Below are positions 9,275-17,645 of a stretch of DNA of 42,225 bases, piece by piece. How positions within the stretch are numbered: the first letter of the stretch is position 1; each line of letters opens with the position of its first letter. The notes under the pieces were generated by a model. The model saw nothing but the letters and a program-made list of their open reading frames with translations. It was not told where the DNA came from and made no database searches. Source of the stretch: an uncultured Dehalococcoidales bacterium (GTDB lineage Bacteria > Chloroflexota > Dehalococcoidia > GIF9 > AB-539-J10); the NCBI GenBank assembly GCA_964552485.1, contig CAZKHH010000003.1, forward strand, positions 1 through 42,225, written 5' to 3'. A program made the translations under genes and the position numbers.

Positions 9275-10357
9275 ATGGGTAAGACTTCAGACAAAGGCTC
9301 GGTCCACACGGTTTGCGGCAGCATCGCACCGGGCAACCTTGGAGTTACACTCCCACACGAGCACTTCCTGATAGACCAGACGCTCGGGGGTGTCTATTTC
9401 GTCGAGCCAGAGGATCCCCGCGAGCGGGCCCTCGCATACCAGCCCGTTTGCATGGAGACCCTCTCGTGGGTGCGCTACCACACCAAGGATAACCTCGATA
9501 ACCAGATGCTCACAGACATCGATACTGCCATCAAGGAAGCCCGCCTCTTCAAAGAGCAAGGCGGAAGTTCCATCGTTGACATGACCAATCGCGGTATTGG
9601 CAGGGACCCTCTCGCGCTGGACCGCATCTCGCGAGAAACCGGGTTGCATATCATCATGGGCTCGGGATACTACGCCAACAGTCCGCTCACCCACGAGACA
9701 CTGGGTCGACTGAGCGAAGGGGAGATCGCGCGCGAGATTGTTGCCGAGTTCACAGACGGAGTCGAAGATAGCGGCATCAAGCCAGGCATAATCGGAGAGC
9801 TTGGTTGCTCCTGGCCATTGTCACCCATCGAAGCAAAGGGCCTCAGGGCGGGAGTGATTGCACAGCGGGAGACCGGCGCCTCCGTCAATATCCACCCGGG
9901 GCGCAACGATCGCGCACCGCTGGAGATCCTCGAGATTCTGGCTGCAGCGGGCGCGGACCTGTCGCGGGTCGTAATGAGTCACATGGACCGGTGCGGATAC
10001 TCGATCGAGACACGGCTGAGGCTTCTCGATGCCGGTTGCTATATCGAATATGACCTGTTCGGTTTTGAAGGCTACTATCCGGCGCGGGTCGCGCTGGCCG
10101 AGGGCACGCTGCCGGACACCCCGAACGATGTCGGACGCATTAAGGAAATCCTCGATGCTATCGGACGAGGGTACTCATCACAATTGCTCCTGTCCCACGA
10201 CATCGGCATGAAAGTGATGCTCGTGCGATACGGCGGCTGGGGCTACGCCCATCTTCTACGCGAAGTAGTGCCATTGATGCAGGTATTCGGGATAAAGAAA
10301 GACGACATCGACACGATGATGATTGACAACCCGCGCCGGCTTCTTACACTTCAGTAG
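9275..10357 (+). CDS. Phosphotriesterase-family (PTE/PHP-like) amidohydrolase
   Basis: Motifs LPHEHFLID (HxH) and GIKPGIIGELG, in a TIM-barrel-sized protein of 360 aa. SD GGAGA lies 6 nt upstream. Confidence 0.8.
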   Translation: MGKTSDKGSVHTVCGSIAPGNLGVTLPHEHFLIDQTLGGVYFVEPEDPRERALAYQPVCMETLSWVRYHTKDNLDNQMLTDIDTAIKEARLFKEQGGSSIVDMTNRGIGRDPLALDRISRETGLHIIMGSGYYANSPLTHETLGRLSEGEIAREIVAEFTDGVEDSGIKPGIIGELGCSWPLSPIEAKGLRAGVIAQRETGASVNIHPGRNDRAPLEILEILAAAGADLSRVVMSHMDRCGYSIETRLRLLDAGCYIEYDLFGFEGYYPARVALAEGTLPDTPNDVGRIKEILDAIGRGYSSQLLLSHDIGMKVMLVRYGGWGYAHLLREVVPLMQVFGIKKDDIDTMMIDNPRRLLTLQ

Positions 10358-10364
10358 ACCACCC

Positions 10365-12386
10365 ATGGAGACGCACGCCTGGCTGTCGGATCTCAACCCC
10401 GCGCAAAGGGAAGCAGTCACGTACGGTGACGGTCCTCTGCTGGTCGTGGCAGGCGCCGGCAGCGGCAAGACAAAGACGCTCGCATACCGCGTTGCGTTTC
10501 TCATTTCGCAGGGTGTGCCTCCCGAGCGCATCCTTCTTCTTACATTTACCCGACGGGCGGCGGAAGAAATGCTGAAGCGTGCATCGACGGCGGTCACCGC
10601 GAATCCACAGGTGGTCAGGCGCGTCTGGGGAGGGACCTTCCATGCCTTCGCGACACGGGTGCTGCGGATGTATGCCCGCTCGGCAGGCCTGTCGCCAGAG
10701 TTCTCTGTAATGGACCGCGCAGACGCGGAGGACTTTCTCAACATCGTGAGAAATGACCTTGATCTCTCACGAAAGGGAAAGCGTTTTCCACGCAAGGGTA
10801 CCTGCATGGACATCTACTCGCGCCGGGTGAATTCCACCGATGACCTCGCAACGGTGCTGAGAACGTGGTACCCGTGGTGCCTTGAATGGGAAGAGGAGCT
10901 CAATCGGTTATTCGGCGCATACGTAGAGAAGAAGCAGTCGCAGAGCGTGCTTGACTACGACGACCTTCTGCTGTACCTGTACTATCTGCTCGACGACCCA
11001 CGTATCCGCGAGGCGCTCGACGGACGCTTCGATCACATACTGGTCGACGAGTACCAGGACACGAACCGGATTCAGGCGGGCATGCTTCGGAAGCTCCGGG
11101 GCAGTAATCGAAACATCATGGTCGTTGGCGATGACGCTCAAAGCATCTACAGCTTCCGTTCCGCAACGGTGCGCAATATGCTCGACTTTCCGGAAGAATT
11201 CCCGGGCGCGCACATCGTGGCGCTTGAGCAGAACTACCGCTCATTGCAACCTATCCTTGACACAACGAATGCTGTCATCTGCCAGGCGGGAGAGCGATAC
11301 TCCAAAGAGCTCGTCGCAGTAAGGGGAGCCGGTCAGCGTCCTGAGCTCGTCACATGCTTCGACGAGAGTCACGAGGACGAAGAGGTCATCAGGCTTGTGC
11401 TTGAACACTACGAACAGGGTATTCCGCTGCACAGGCAGGCGATACTCTTCAGAGCCGCGTCACATTCGGCCTCACTCGAACTCGCACTGAGCCGGAAGAA
11501 TATCCCTTTTCGCAAGTACGGCGGACTTCGATTTCTCGAGGCCGCTCACGTCAAGGACATGGTCAGTTTCTTGCGCCTCCTGCAGAATCCCCGCGACGAG
11601 GTAGCGTGGTTTCGTGTTCTGCAGCTCATCAGCGGCGTGGGGCCGGCAACCGCCGCCGCCGCGCTGACTCATATGGCCACCCACGACCACTCTCCCTCCT
11701 CACTGACTTCCTTCCAGGCTCCAGCCGCCGCACGAGTGCACTTCAAGGAACTGGCTCTCCTGATGTCGGAGCTGTCGTCTGTACGTGCTCCAACGCCTGC
11801 TGCACTCATCGAGGCCATAAGTGTGTTCTACTCGCCATTGCTGAAGGATAACTACGAAGACCCCTCACCTCGCGAAAATGACATCGCTCACCTCGGGCAA
11901 CTCGCTAGTGGATACACATCACTGGAAACGTTTCTGGATGACCTGGTACTCGACCCACCGGTATCGACAGGCGACCTGGCAGGCCCTCCTCTCAAGGATG
12001 AGGACTGGCTCGTGCTTTCGACCATTCACAGCGCAAAGGGGCTCGAATGGGACGTGGTGTACCTTATCCACGCTGCAGATGGCTGCCTTCCATCGGATAT
12101 GTCCACCGGCAGCAGGGAAGAAACGGACGAGGAACTCCGTCTCACCTATGTTGCCATGACACGCGCGAAGGACTTTCTCTACGTCTTGTGGCCCCTGAGG
12201 TACTACGTAAGGCCATCGAGCACAACCGACCGCCACATGTACTCCCAGCGCTGTCGTTTCTTCACCGATGACGTCGTCGCAACGATGGAGCAAAGGTCGC
12301 ATGGAACCGACGAAAGAAGGAATGAACTGCCCACAGCCACAGCAGACACGGACATAGCAGCCCGCATACGGGCTATCTGGAGATGA
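10365..12386 (+). CDS. UvrD/PcrA/Rep-family ATP-dependent DNA helicase
   Basis: SF1 motifs in order: AGAGSGKT, LVDEYQDTN, VGDDAQSIYSFRSA, QNYRS, TIHSAKGLEWDVV, LTYVAMTRAK. ATG 10365 (METHAWLSDLNPAQ) lies 7 nt after the PTE stop. Confidence 0.9.
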   Translation: METHAWLSDLNPAQREAVTYGDGPLLVVAGAGSGKTKTLAYRVAFLISQGVPPERILLLTFTRRAAEEMLKRASTAVTANPQVVRRVWGGTFHAFATRVLRMYARSAGLSPEFSVMDRADAEDFLNIVRNDLDLSRKGKRFPRKGTCMDIYSRRVNSTDDLATVLRTWYPWCLEWEEELNRLFGAYVEKKQSQSVLDYDDLLLYLYYLLDDPRIREALDGRFDHILVDEYQDTNRIQAGMLRKLRGSNRNIMVVGDDAQSIYSFRSATVRNMLDFPEEFPGAHIVALEQNYRSLQPILDTTNAVICQAGERYSKELVAVRGAGQRPELVTCFDESHEDEEVIRLVLEHYEQGIPLHRQAILFRAASHSASLELALSRKNIPFRKYGGLRFLEAAHVKDMVSFLRLLQNPRDEVAWFRVLQLISGVGPATAAAALTHMATHDHSPSSLTSFQAPAAARVHFKELALLMSELSSVRAPTPAALIEAISVFYSPLLKDNYEDPSPRENDIAHLGQLASGYTSLETFLDDLVLDPPVSTGDLAGPPLKDEDWLVLSTIHSAKGLEWDVVYLIHAADGCLPSDMSTGSREETDEELRLTYVAMTRAKDFLYVLWPLRYYVRPSSTTDRHMYSQRCRFFTDDVVATMEQRSHGTDERRNELPTATADTDIAARIRAIWR

Positions 12387-12478
12387 GTCTGTACGACAAG
12401 GCAGCTGTCGTCGGTACTCTTCAGACGATATAATGACTAGAGCTAACGAGCAGCATTCAATCCTTGAAAGGTGAACGT

Positions 12479-12916
12479 ATGTCATTTCCCGCCATTTCAG
12501 GAGCATTCCTCCGGACACTGTTCGTGCTCGCGATTGCAGGGACACTTCTCCTTGCGGCGTGCTCGGGAGACGGACCTCTCCCCACCCCGGAGATCACCGA
12601 CATCACGTATGTGGAGGGCGAGGGAGACACTCCCGATTCGTTTGTGGTGAAGTGGGAACCCGTCGATGACAACCGCACCGAAGGCTACGCCATTTATCGT
12701 GCGGAAGAGGGGCTGGGGCCCGATCCTGGCACGAAGAGCGAGTTCGAACTCGAGGCAGTCACGATTGCATTGCAATACAAGGATGATGAACTGCGCGTAA
12801 CCGAGCGTTATCCGCGCATCAGATACTACTACCGGATCGTCGCCCTTTCGGAGGACGGCCAGCATGGGCCAATGTCGGAAGAGGCGAGCGCGGTCTATGA
12901 CCCGTCAGCCTCGTAG
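12479..12916 (+). CDS. Lipoprotein with a fibronectin type III-like domain
   Basis: Signal peptide with lipobox LLLAAC-SG. FVVKWEPVDDNRTEGYAIYR...YYYRIVALSEDG is FN3-like. ATG 12479 is preceded by AAGGTGA. Confidence 0.7.
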   Translation: MSFPAISGAFLRTLFVLAIAGTLLLAACSGDGPLPTPEITDITYVEGEGDTPDSFVVKWEPVDDNRTEGYAIYRAEEGLGPDPGTKSEFELEAVTIALQYKDDELRVTERYPRIRYYYRIVALSEDGQHGPMSEEASAVYDPSAS

Positions 12917-12927
12917 ACTACCGCGGC

Positions 12928-13806
12928 ATGAACGGAATGGGCGAGAATCGAGCGACTGGCGGAAGCGACGCACGTCGCTGGGATTCAATCGCGGAGCGTC
13001 TCCACGACGGCCTCTGGATGGACCCGGTGCTCGCCGATCATTACCGCCAGGTCCATCTGGATATGTGCGCCAGATGGGCTCCCTCCACTACACATCCGCG
13101 GATTCTCAAGACGGACGTCTTTGCAGAGGCTGTCTGTCCCCAGAGAGCATTCTCCTGGGATATCGCTGGAGACGGACAACTTGTGGCATTCGACATCTCG
13201 GCGCACCTCACAACACAGGCGCACACACACGCCTCCGCTTTGGGGCATGCTGACACGGTATACGTCGTGGCAGATACACGCCGACTACCTTTCGCAGACG
13301 ATGCATTCGATCTCATCGTCTCCGATTCGACGCTGGACCATTTCCGGGACATACCCGACATCGCGATAGCTCTGCAGGAGATGGCGCGGGTGCTCCGCCC
13401 GGGAGGCACTCTCATCATCACACTTGATAACCCCCGGAACTGTACGCAGCCACTGCTGAAGCTCTGGCTGAAACTCGGTTGGGCTCCCTTCTATATCGGC
13501 CGGACCCTGCCGCGCAAGGCGCTGATTGAGGCCCTCGAAGACGCTCGGCTGAGAGTCATCGAGTCCGACACCCTGCTTCACCACCTGCGATTCTTCACCA
13601 AGTCAGGCCTCCGCATGATGCGCCGCGTAATCCCGCACCGCGCAGAAGGGATAGGCCGCAGCATGTTGCGCGCGACGGAAAGGCTCGGACGGTTATCGAC
13701 ACGTGAACAGACAGCCTTGTTCGTGGCTGCATGCGCCATCAAGCCGGCGACTACCAGGTGCGAGATGGCTCTGCCGGAGCAGCCTCACGACTCACCCGCT
13801 CGGTGA
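12928..13806 (+). CDS. Class I SAM-dependent methyltransferase (Methyltransf_11-like)
   Basis: Motifs ILKTDVFAEA, VVADTRRLPFADDAFDLIVSDSTLDHF and LRPGGTLIITLDNP. The last 56 nt overlap the convergent formyltransferase gene. Confidence 0.75.
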   Translation: MNGMGENRATGGSDARRWDSIAERLHDGLWMDPVLADHYRQVHLDMCARWAPSTTHPRILKTDVFAEAVCPQRAFSWDIAGDGQLVAFDISAHLTTQAHTHASALGHADTVYVVADTRRLPFADDAFDLIVSDSTLDHFRDIPDIAIALQEMARVLRPGGTLIITLDNPRNCTQPLLKLWLKLGWAPFYIGRTLPRKALIEALEDARLRVIESDTLLHHLRFFTKSGLRMMRRVIPHRAEGIGRSMLRATERLGRLSTREQTALFVAACAIKPATTRCEMALPEQPHDSPAR

Positions 13807-14530
13807 GCCTCACGCGTGCGACCTTCACGAGTTCCTGTGGCATCGAGGAATATGCGGGCTTCATTGGGGCAGGCTGACGAGTGCACGGTATCTCCGCCCC
13901 TGAGCGGGCCAGCTTCAGCGCCGCGATCAGGAGTTCCAAGCCGATACGGTCGGCCCTGCTATAGACGGTGCCAATGGTATCACCGGACTGCAGAGGCACA
14001 GGTTGACGCGCTACTATCGGGCCTGTATCTATGCCGGCATCGATGAAATGAAGAGTGATACCCAGTTCGTCCTCTTCGACCAGGGCCCACTCAACAGGCC
14101 GGAGGCCTCTGTGCTCCGGTATGAAACCGGGATGGATATTCAGTACTCCCATACGAAACGACTCGAATACATCCGGGCGCAATATACCGGCACAACCGAC
14201 GACTCCGATATCCGCGTCCAGTGCTCTGAGAGCCTTGATGCACTCATCGGAGTTCAGGCCCGATACTGGGATAACCTGCGGAGCGCGGGACCGGTAGAAT
14301 TCCGGCCGTCTCCAGTTGCACGATGCAGGTGAAGTCAGGGTCGCGTGGAAGCGACGCAGGGCGAGCGAGAGAACCGTGTGCCACGGCAGTACACGGAGCA
14401 GACCGCGCCCGATCTCCAGCGCCGTCGGACGCGAAAGAACGACAGCATCCACCGGCTGGCCGCTGTTCACCAGCGTGTCCACTATCCGCACCGCGCGTTC
14501 GCATGGAGCGGTCAGCAGCACCAGCTTCAT
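13751..14530 (-). CDS. Formyltransferase-family protein (Fmt N-terminal-domain type)
   Basis: VLNIHPGFIPEHRGLRPVEWALVEEDELGITLHFIDAGIDTGPIV carries the catalytic His and Asp motifs. Its start overlaps the upstream gene's stop by 4 nt. Confidence 0.8.
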   Translation of the reverse strand: MKLVLLTAPCERAVRIVDTLVNSGQPVDAVVLSRPTALEIGRGLLRVLPWHTVLSLALRRFHATLTSPASCNWRRPEFYRSRAPQVIPVSGLNSDECIKALRALDADIGVVGCAGILRPDVFESFRMGVLNIHPGFIPEHRGLRPVEWALVEEDELGITLHFIDAGIDTGPIVARQPVPLQSGDTIGTVYSRADRIGLELLIAALKLARSGAEIPCTRQPAPMKPAYSSMPQELVKVARVRLTERVSREAAPAEPSRTW

Positions 14531-15864
14531 CGGGAATTGCCTCGCGGCCGCGGAGTGTCCTCGCCATGCATTGCAGCCCTCGCGCGGGCGCGATGTATGG
14601 ATCGCAACTCCTCAGCCTCGCGCCTTCGTATCCTGAGGATAGCCAGCAGTTCCGAAGGAGTATGCCTGTGCTCAACAAACGCGCTCAACCGCAGCATGGC
14701 CGCAACTACTGATGCGCGCCGAACGATCCTCCTGGTTCGACGTGTGATGACGAGGTCCACGTATGTCCTGTCATCCCGCGCCCAGTAGTATTTGTACGGC
14801 TCGGTTCCCCTGAGGAAATCGACTTCGCGGATGCCCTTTCCCACAGCGCGTTGCATCATCATCATGTCGTGTAGATGTCCGATGCTGTATTCCTGGTATC
14901 GCAATACCCGGCCCGAGCGCAAGAAATAGAGCACTCCGTCGAGTATCAGTACAAGATGCACTGAAATGGCCTCGCCGTCGATTCTGAGTCGTGTCACCTC
15001 AACCCATCCGCGCGCTTGGAGATTTCTGACCATGGTGGTATGAAAGCTCCTGCTACATTCATCCCCGAAGAGTCCCCGAATTCCTACCGCCTTCCAGCGG
15101 CGCTGGTGCAGTCGATACAGCTCTTCCATGGCCAGCAACGCATCGCTGCCAACACAATGCTCGAAAGACACACGATGCTTTTCTGTCAGACGCTTGTACA
15201 TCCTTCGGAGGGTCTTGCGCCGGGCGCCGGACAACATGCGCCAGTAGTCACCCCATTCATCAGGTAATCGCACGTACGGCGCCGCCGGCGAACGCCGGAG
15301 CGACAAATCAAGCTCATGGTCCATCGCAACAACGCTTCGCAACACTTCCAGGAACGGCGCGTCGGAGGGCACAAGCTTGATATGGGCGCACTCCGTGTCC
15401 CGATGCAACTGGTCCCGGAGGTATTCGCAGAACGCCCGAACTGCAATACCTTCAGCACCAGGCCTCACGAGGGCAATGAGATTGCGGCTGTCGCCGGCAG
15501 CAGTTTCGAGCGCATCGATGGAGAAAACTCCGCATGAGTGTCGAACAAGGGCAAGCGGCACGATTGCAGAGGCTTCGTCCCCACGTGTTATGACCAGAAT
15601 GTTAAGTCGCCGTTCTTCGCCATATATCGCGGCCCACGTGCAGACCCAATCGTAGGAAAGAAAGGGGGTGCGGTGTTCGCACACATTCCAGAGGGACTCC
15701 CAGAGTCCGCGTGCCTGCTCCAACCCGGAGAGGGACGAAATTACCTGAACGCGTACCGCTGGGTCATGATCCTGCCCGGATGGTTGCAGCACGGCAGCTA
15801 GCGAGCCGGCGGAAGCCCTCTCACCGGCCCTCCCGGAAACGGCTTCTCCTTCCATACCTGCCAT
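14527..15864 (-). CDS. CelD/BcsL (BioF2/FemAB-like) GNAT acetyltransferase family protein
   Basis: N-terminal WESLW...TPFLSYDWVCTW and C-terminal VDFLRGTEPYKYYWA are typical of the COG5653 family. ATG 15864 has AAAGG upstream and overlaps the upstream GNAT gene by 67 nt. An alternative GTG at 15792 is possible. Confidence 0.7.
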   Translation of the reverse strand: MAGMEGEAVSGRAGERASAGSLAAVLQPSGQDHDPAVRVQVISSLSGLEQARGLWESLWNVCEHRTPFLSYDWVCTWAAIYGEERRLNILVITRGDEASAIVPLALVRHSCGVFSIDALETAAGDSRNLIALVRPGAEGIAVRAFCEYLRDQLHRDTECAHIKLVPSDAPFLEVLRSVVAMDHELDLSLRRSPAAPYVRLPDEWGDYWRMLSGARRKTLRRMYKRLTEKHRVSFEHCVGSDALLAMEELYRLHQRRWKAVGIRGLFGDECSRSFHTTMVRNLQARGWVEVTRLRIDGEAISVHLVLILDGVLYFLRSGRVLRYQEYSIGHLHDMMMMQRAVGKGIREVDFLRGTEPYKYYWARDDRTYVDLVITRRTRRIVRRASVVAAMLRLSAFVEHRHTPSELLAILRIRRREAEELRSIHRARARAAMHGEDTPRPRGNSR

Positions 15865-16505
15865 CGTAATACCTTTATCAGCCGGCCCGTACCACGGATT
15901 TCGGGGTCGAATTTGGAGTGGACCTTCTGCGACGCCCGATTGTCGATGCGCACTGCGTTCCGGCTGCTGGTATTGCCGCGCTGCCTGAGATATTCAAGTC
16001 GAATGTAGTACCCGTACGCCATCAATCCTTTCCCACGGAATCGCGGCACAGTGTACGTGCCGCCCGAGCATGCCTGTCCTCCGTGAAAATCCACCGTATA
16101 GGGCAGCCTATCGACATGCTGCTTGGCTTCCGGAGTGAGCGCCAACCAGCCGATATGGGCAAGGGTATGGTTGACATAGACGCAGAATGCGACGGCACCA
16201 CGGCGCAGGGATTCCGACGAGTGCACGAACATTTTGCGCAGGTCTTCAAACCCCTCCGCCGCAACGGCGTCCGCCTCAGCGTTGGAGTGGATGACACGCA
16301 CATCCCACGAGTCAAGCCGCGGAAGAAATCCTTTCTCATCCCTGCTCTTGACGTCGTGCGTATACAAATACGAATGGTTGTAGCGGATAACCCGACGAGA
16401 GAGGAAGGCCCCATAGGCCAGCGTATGCCTGAGCATGGCGCCCGGACCTTCAGTACGCAGAATCGTCAGAGCACGTGCAGAAAGCGCTCTCACCGGCAAC
16501 GGCAT
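15798..16505 (-). CDS. GNAT family N-acetyltransferase
   Basis: GGTYTVPRFRGKGLMAYGY contains the GNAT motif A (R-x-x-G-x-G). SD GGGAGG lies upstream of ATG 16505. Confidence 0.65.
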   Translation of the reverse strand: MPLPVRALSARALTILRTEGPGAMLRHTLAYGAFLSRRVIRYNHSYLYTHDVKSRDEKGFLPRLDSWDVRVIHSNAEADAVAAEGFEDLRKMFVHSSESLRRGAVAFCVYVNHTLAHIGWLALTPEAKQHVDRLPYTVDFHGGQACSGGTYTVPRFRGKGLMAYGYYIRLEYLRQRGNTSSRNAVRIDNRASQKVHSKFDPEIRGTGRLIKVLRWQVWKEKPFPGGPVRGLPPAR

Positions 16506-16583
16506 CAGGAACCTCCCTGCCGATGCATGGTCCGAACTGTCACACGCTTCAACTCAAGCATCGCAGCAGTTCTCGCGCGGCCA

Positions 16584-17507
16584 TCATGACACGAGGTTGC
16601 GAAGACCTCTATAGACGAGGTTGTGGACCGGAGTGTCGATGCCCACACGCCGTCCTTCCGTCACGACGTACCCGAGCATTGTGTCCAGCTCAGTCCTTCG
16701 GCCTGCCTCCACATCAAGCTGCATGGAAGATTTAGTATCAGGGGGAAACGCACCGACCTTGCTCAAGGACTGGGTCACGACATCTTCAGGAAGGCCGACG
16801 TCTTTGCCTTCTGCAAGAGAGGCTACCTCCCTCATCATACCCTCAAGTTCAGACCGCCATCGCGACTCGGCAAGCGCCTCACCCACCGTGCAGCCGTGTA
16901 GAGACGTCACTCCCGACACCGGATCGATAAAGGCGAACTTCATCCAGACGTCCTTCATGATGGCAGGACTCAGAGTGGCATCTATACCGGCCTGTTGAAA
17001 CACCATCTCCAGGGGCCGGTAGGGCTCCATGACGCCATCGGTGCTTCCGAACAGCAGCCTGCAATTGCCGCCGGTCTGTTCGACGACCCCGGGCGCCTCG
17101 ATATGCGTCGAGATATACGCACAGCCGTTTATGCAGTCACCATTGCCCAGTGCCTGTGATACCACTTCGTCATTGTTGACTCCGTTGCCCAGAGGAATGA
17201 GCACCGTGTCTTGACGCACGCCTGGCCTCATCGCAGCAGCGGCCGAAGCCAGATCGTAGCCCTTCACACAGAATAGGACTACGTCCAGGCTGCCCATTTC
17301 TGCCGGGGAGTCAGTAGCAAGAAGCGGACGGCTGACGAACTCATCCTCGCGCGTTATTACACGAAGTCCGTTGTGACGGATCGCTTCCTTGTGAGCGCCA
17401 CGGCAAAGGAACAGTACGTCATGCTCGCTTGCAGGCGGGAATTGGCGAGCCAACTTGCCTCCATAGAATCCGCCCACTCCTCCTATGCCGATAACGCCGA
17501 TTCTCAT
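16584..17507 (-). CDS. panE: 2-dehydropantoate 2-reductase (ApbA/PanE family)
   Basis: MRIGVIGIGGVGGFYGGKLA Rossmann N-terminus and a family-typical length. ATG 17507 has GGAGGTG 8 nt upstream. Confidence 0.8.
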   Translation of the reverse strand: MRIGVIGIGGVGGFYGGKLARQFPPASEHDVLFLCRGAHKEAIRHNGLRVITREDEFVSRPLLATDSPAEMGSLDVVLFCVKGYDLASAAAAMRPGVRQDTVLIPLGNGVNNDEVVSQALGNGDCINGCAYISTHIEAPGVVEQTGGNCRLLFGSTDGVMEPYRPLEMVFQQAGIDATLSPAIMKDVWMKFAFIDPVSGVTSLHGCTVGEALAESRWRSELEGMMREVASLAEGKDVGLPEDVVTQSLSKVGAFPPDTKSSMQLDVEAGRRTELDTMLGYVVTEGRRVGIDTPVHNLVYRGLRNLVS

Positions 17508-17593
17508 AGAGACGCACCTCCAATATACCGCCGACCAGTATACCATCGGAAACTACGTTCGTTCCGCCGCCGGCGTGGCTCTTCCTAAAGCAT

Positions 17594-17621
17594 CTTGCGG
17601 GCGCTCCATAGCGCCCGCAAG
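17594..17621 (-). terminator. Strong hairpin downstream of the Ig-repeat lipoprotein gene
   Basis: CTTGCGGGCGCT-ccat-AGCGCCCGCAAG forms a perfect 12-bp stem with a 4-nt loop, 25 nt after the stop at 17646. Only a weak U-run (AUGCUUUAGG) follows on the minus strand. Confidence 0.6.
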
Positions 17622-17645
17622 CCTGAATCTCTACAGCGAGTGCGC

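Noticed and set aside
9202-9282. 26-aa upstream ORF (MERVQRMRSILIERQRLHPRREIADG) overlapping the PTE start
   Set aside because: It has no SD and forms the tail of a longer shadow ORF. Nothing suggests a leader peptide or attenuator.
10365-12386. UvrD-like helicase considered as part of a defence system (Gabija GajB-like or similar)
   Set aside because: No partner ATPase/Toprim nuclease or other defence gene is adjacent. The protein has full-length housekeeping-type UvrD/PcrA motifs, and its neighbours are metabolic genes.
12393-12411. ACGACA-aggcagc-TGTCGT hairpin after the helicase stop, and TATAAT at 12429-12434
   Set aside because: The stem is only 6 bp with no U-tract, and the TATAAT has no acceptable -35 at 16-18 nt. 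The evidence is too weak to call a terminator or a promoter.
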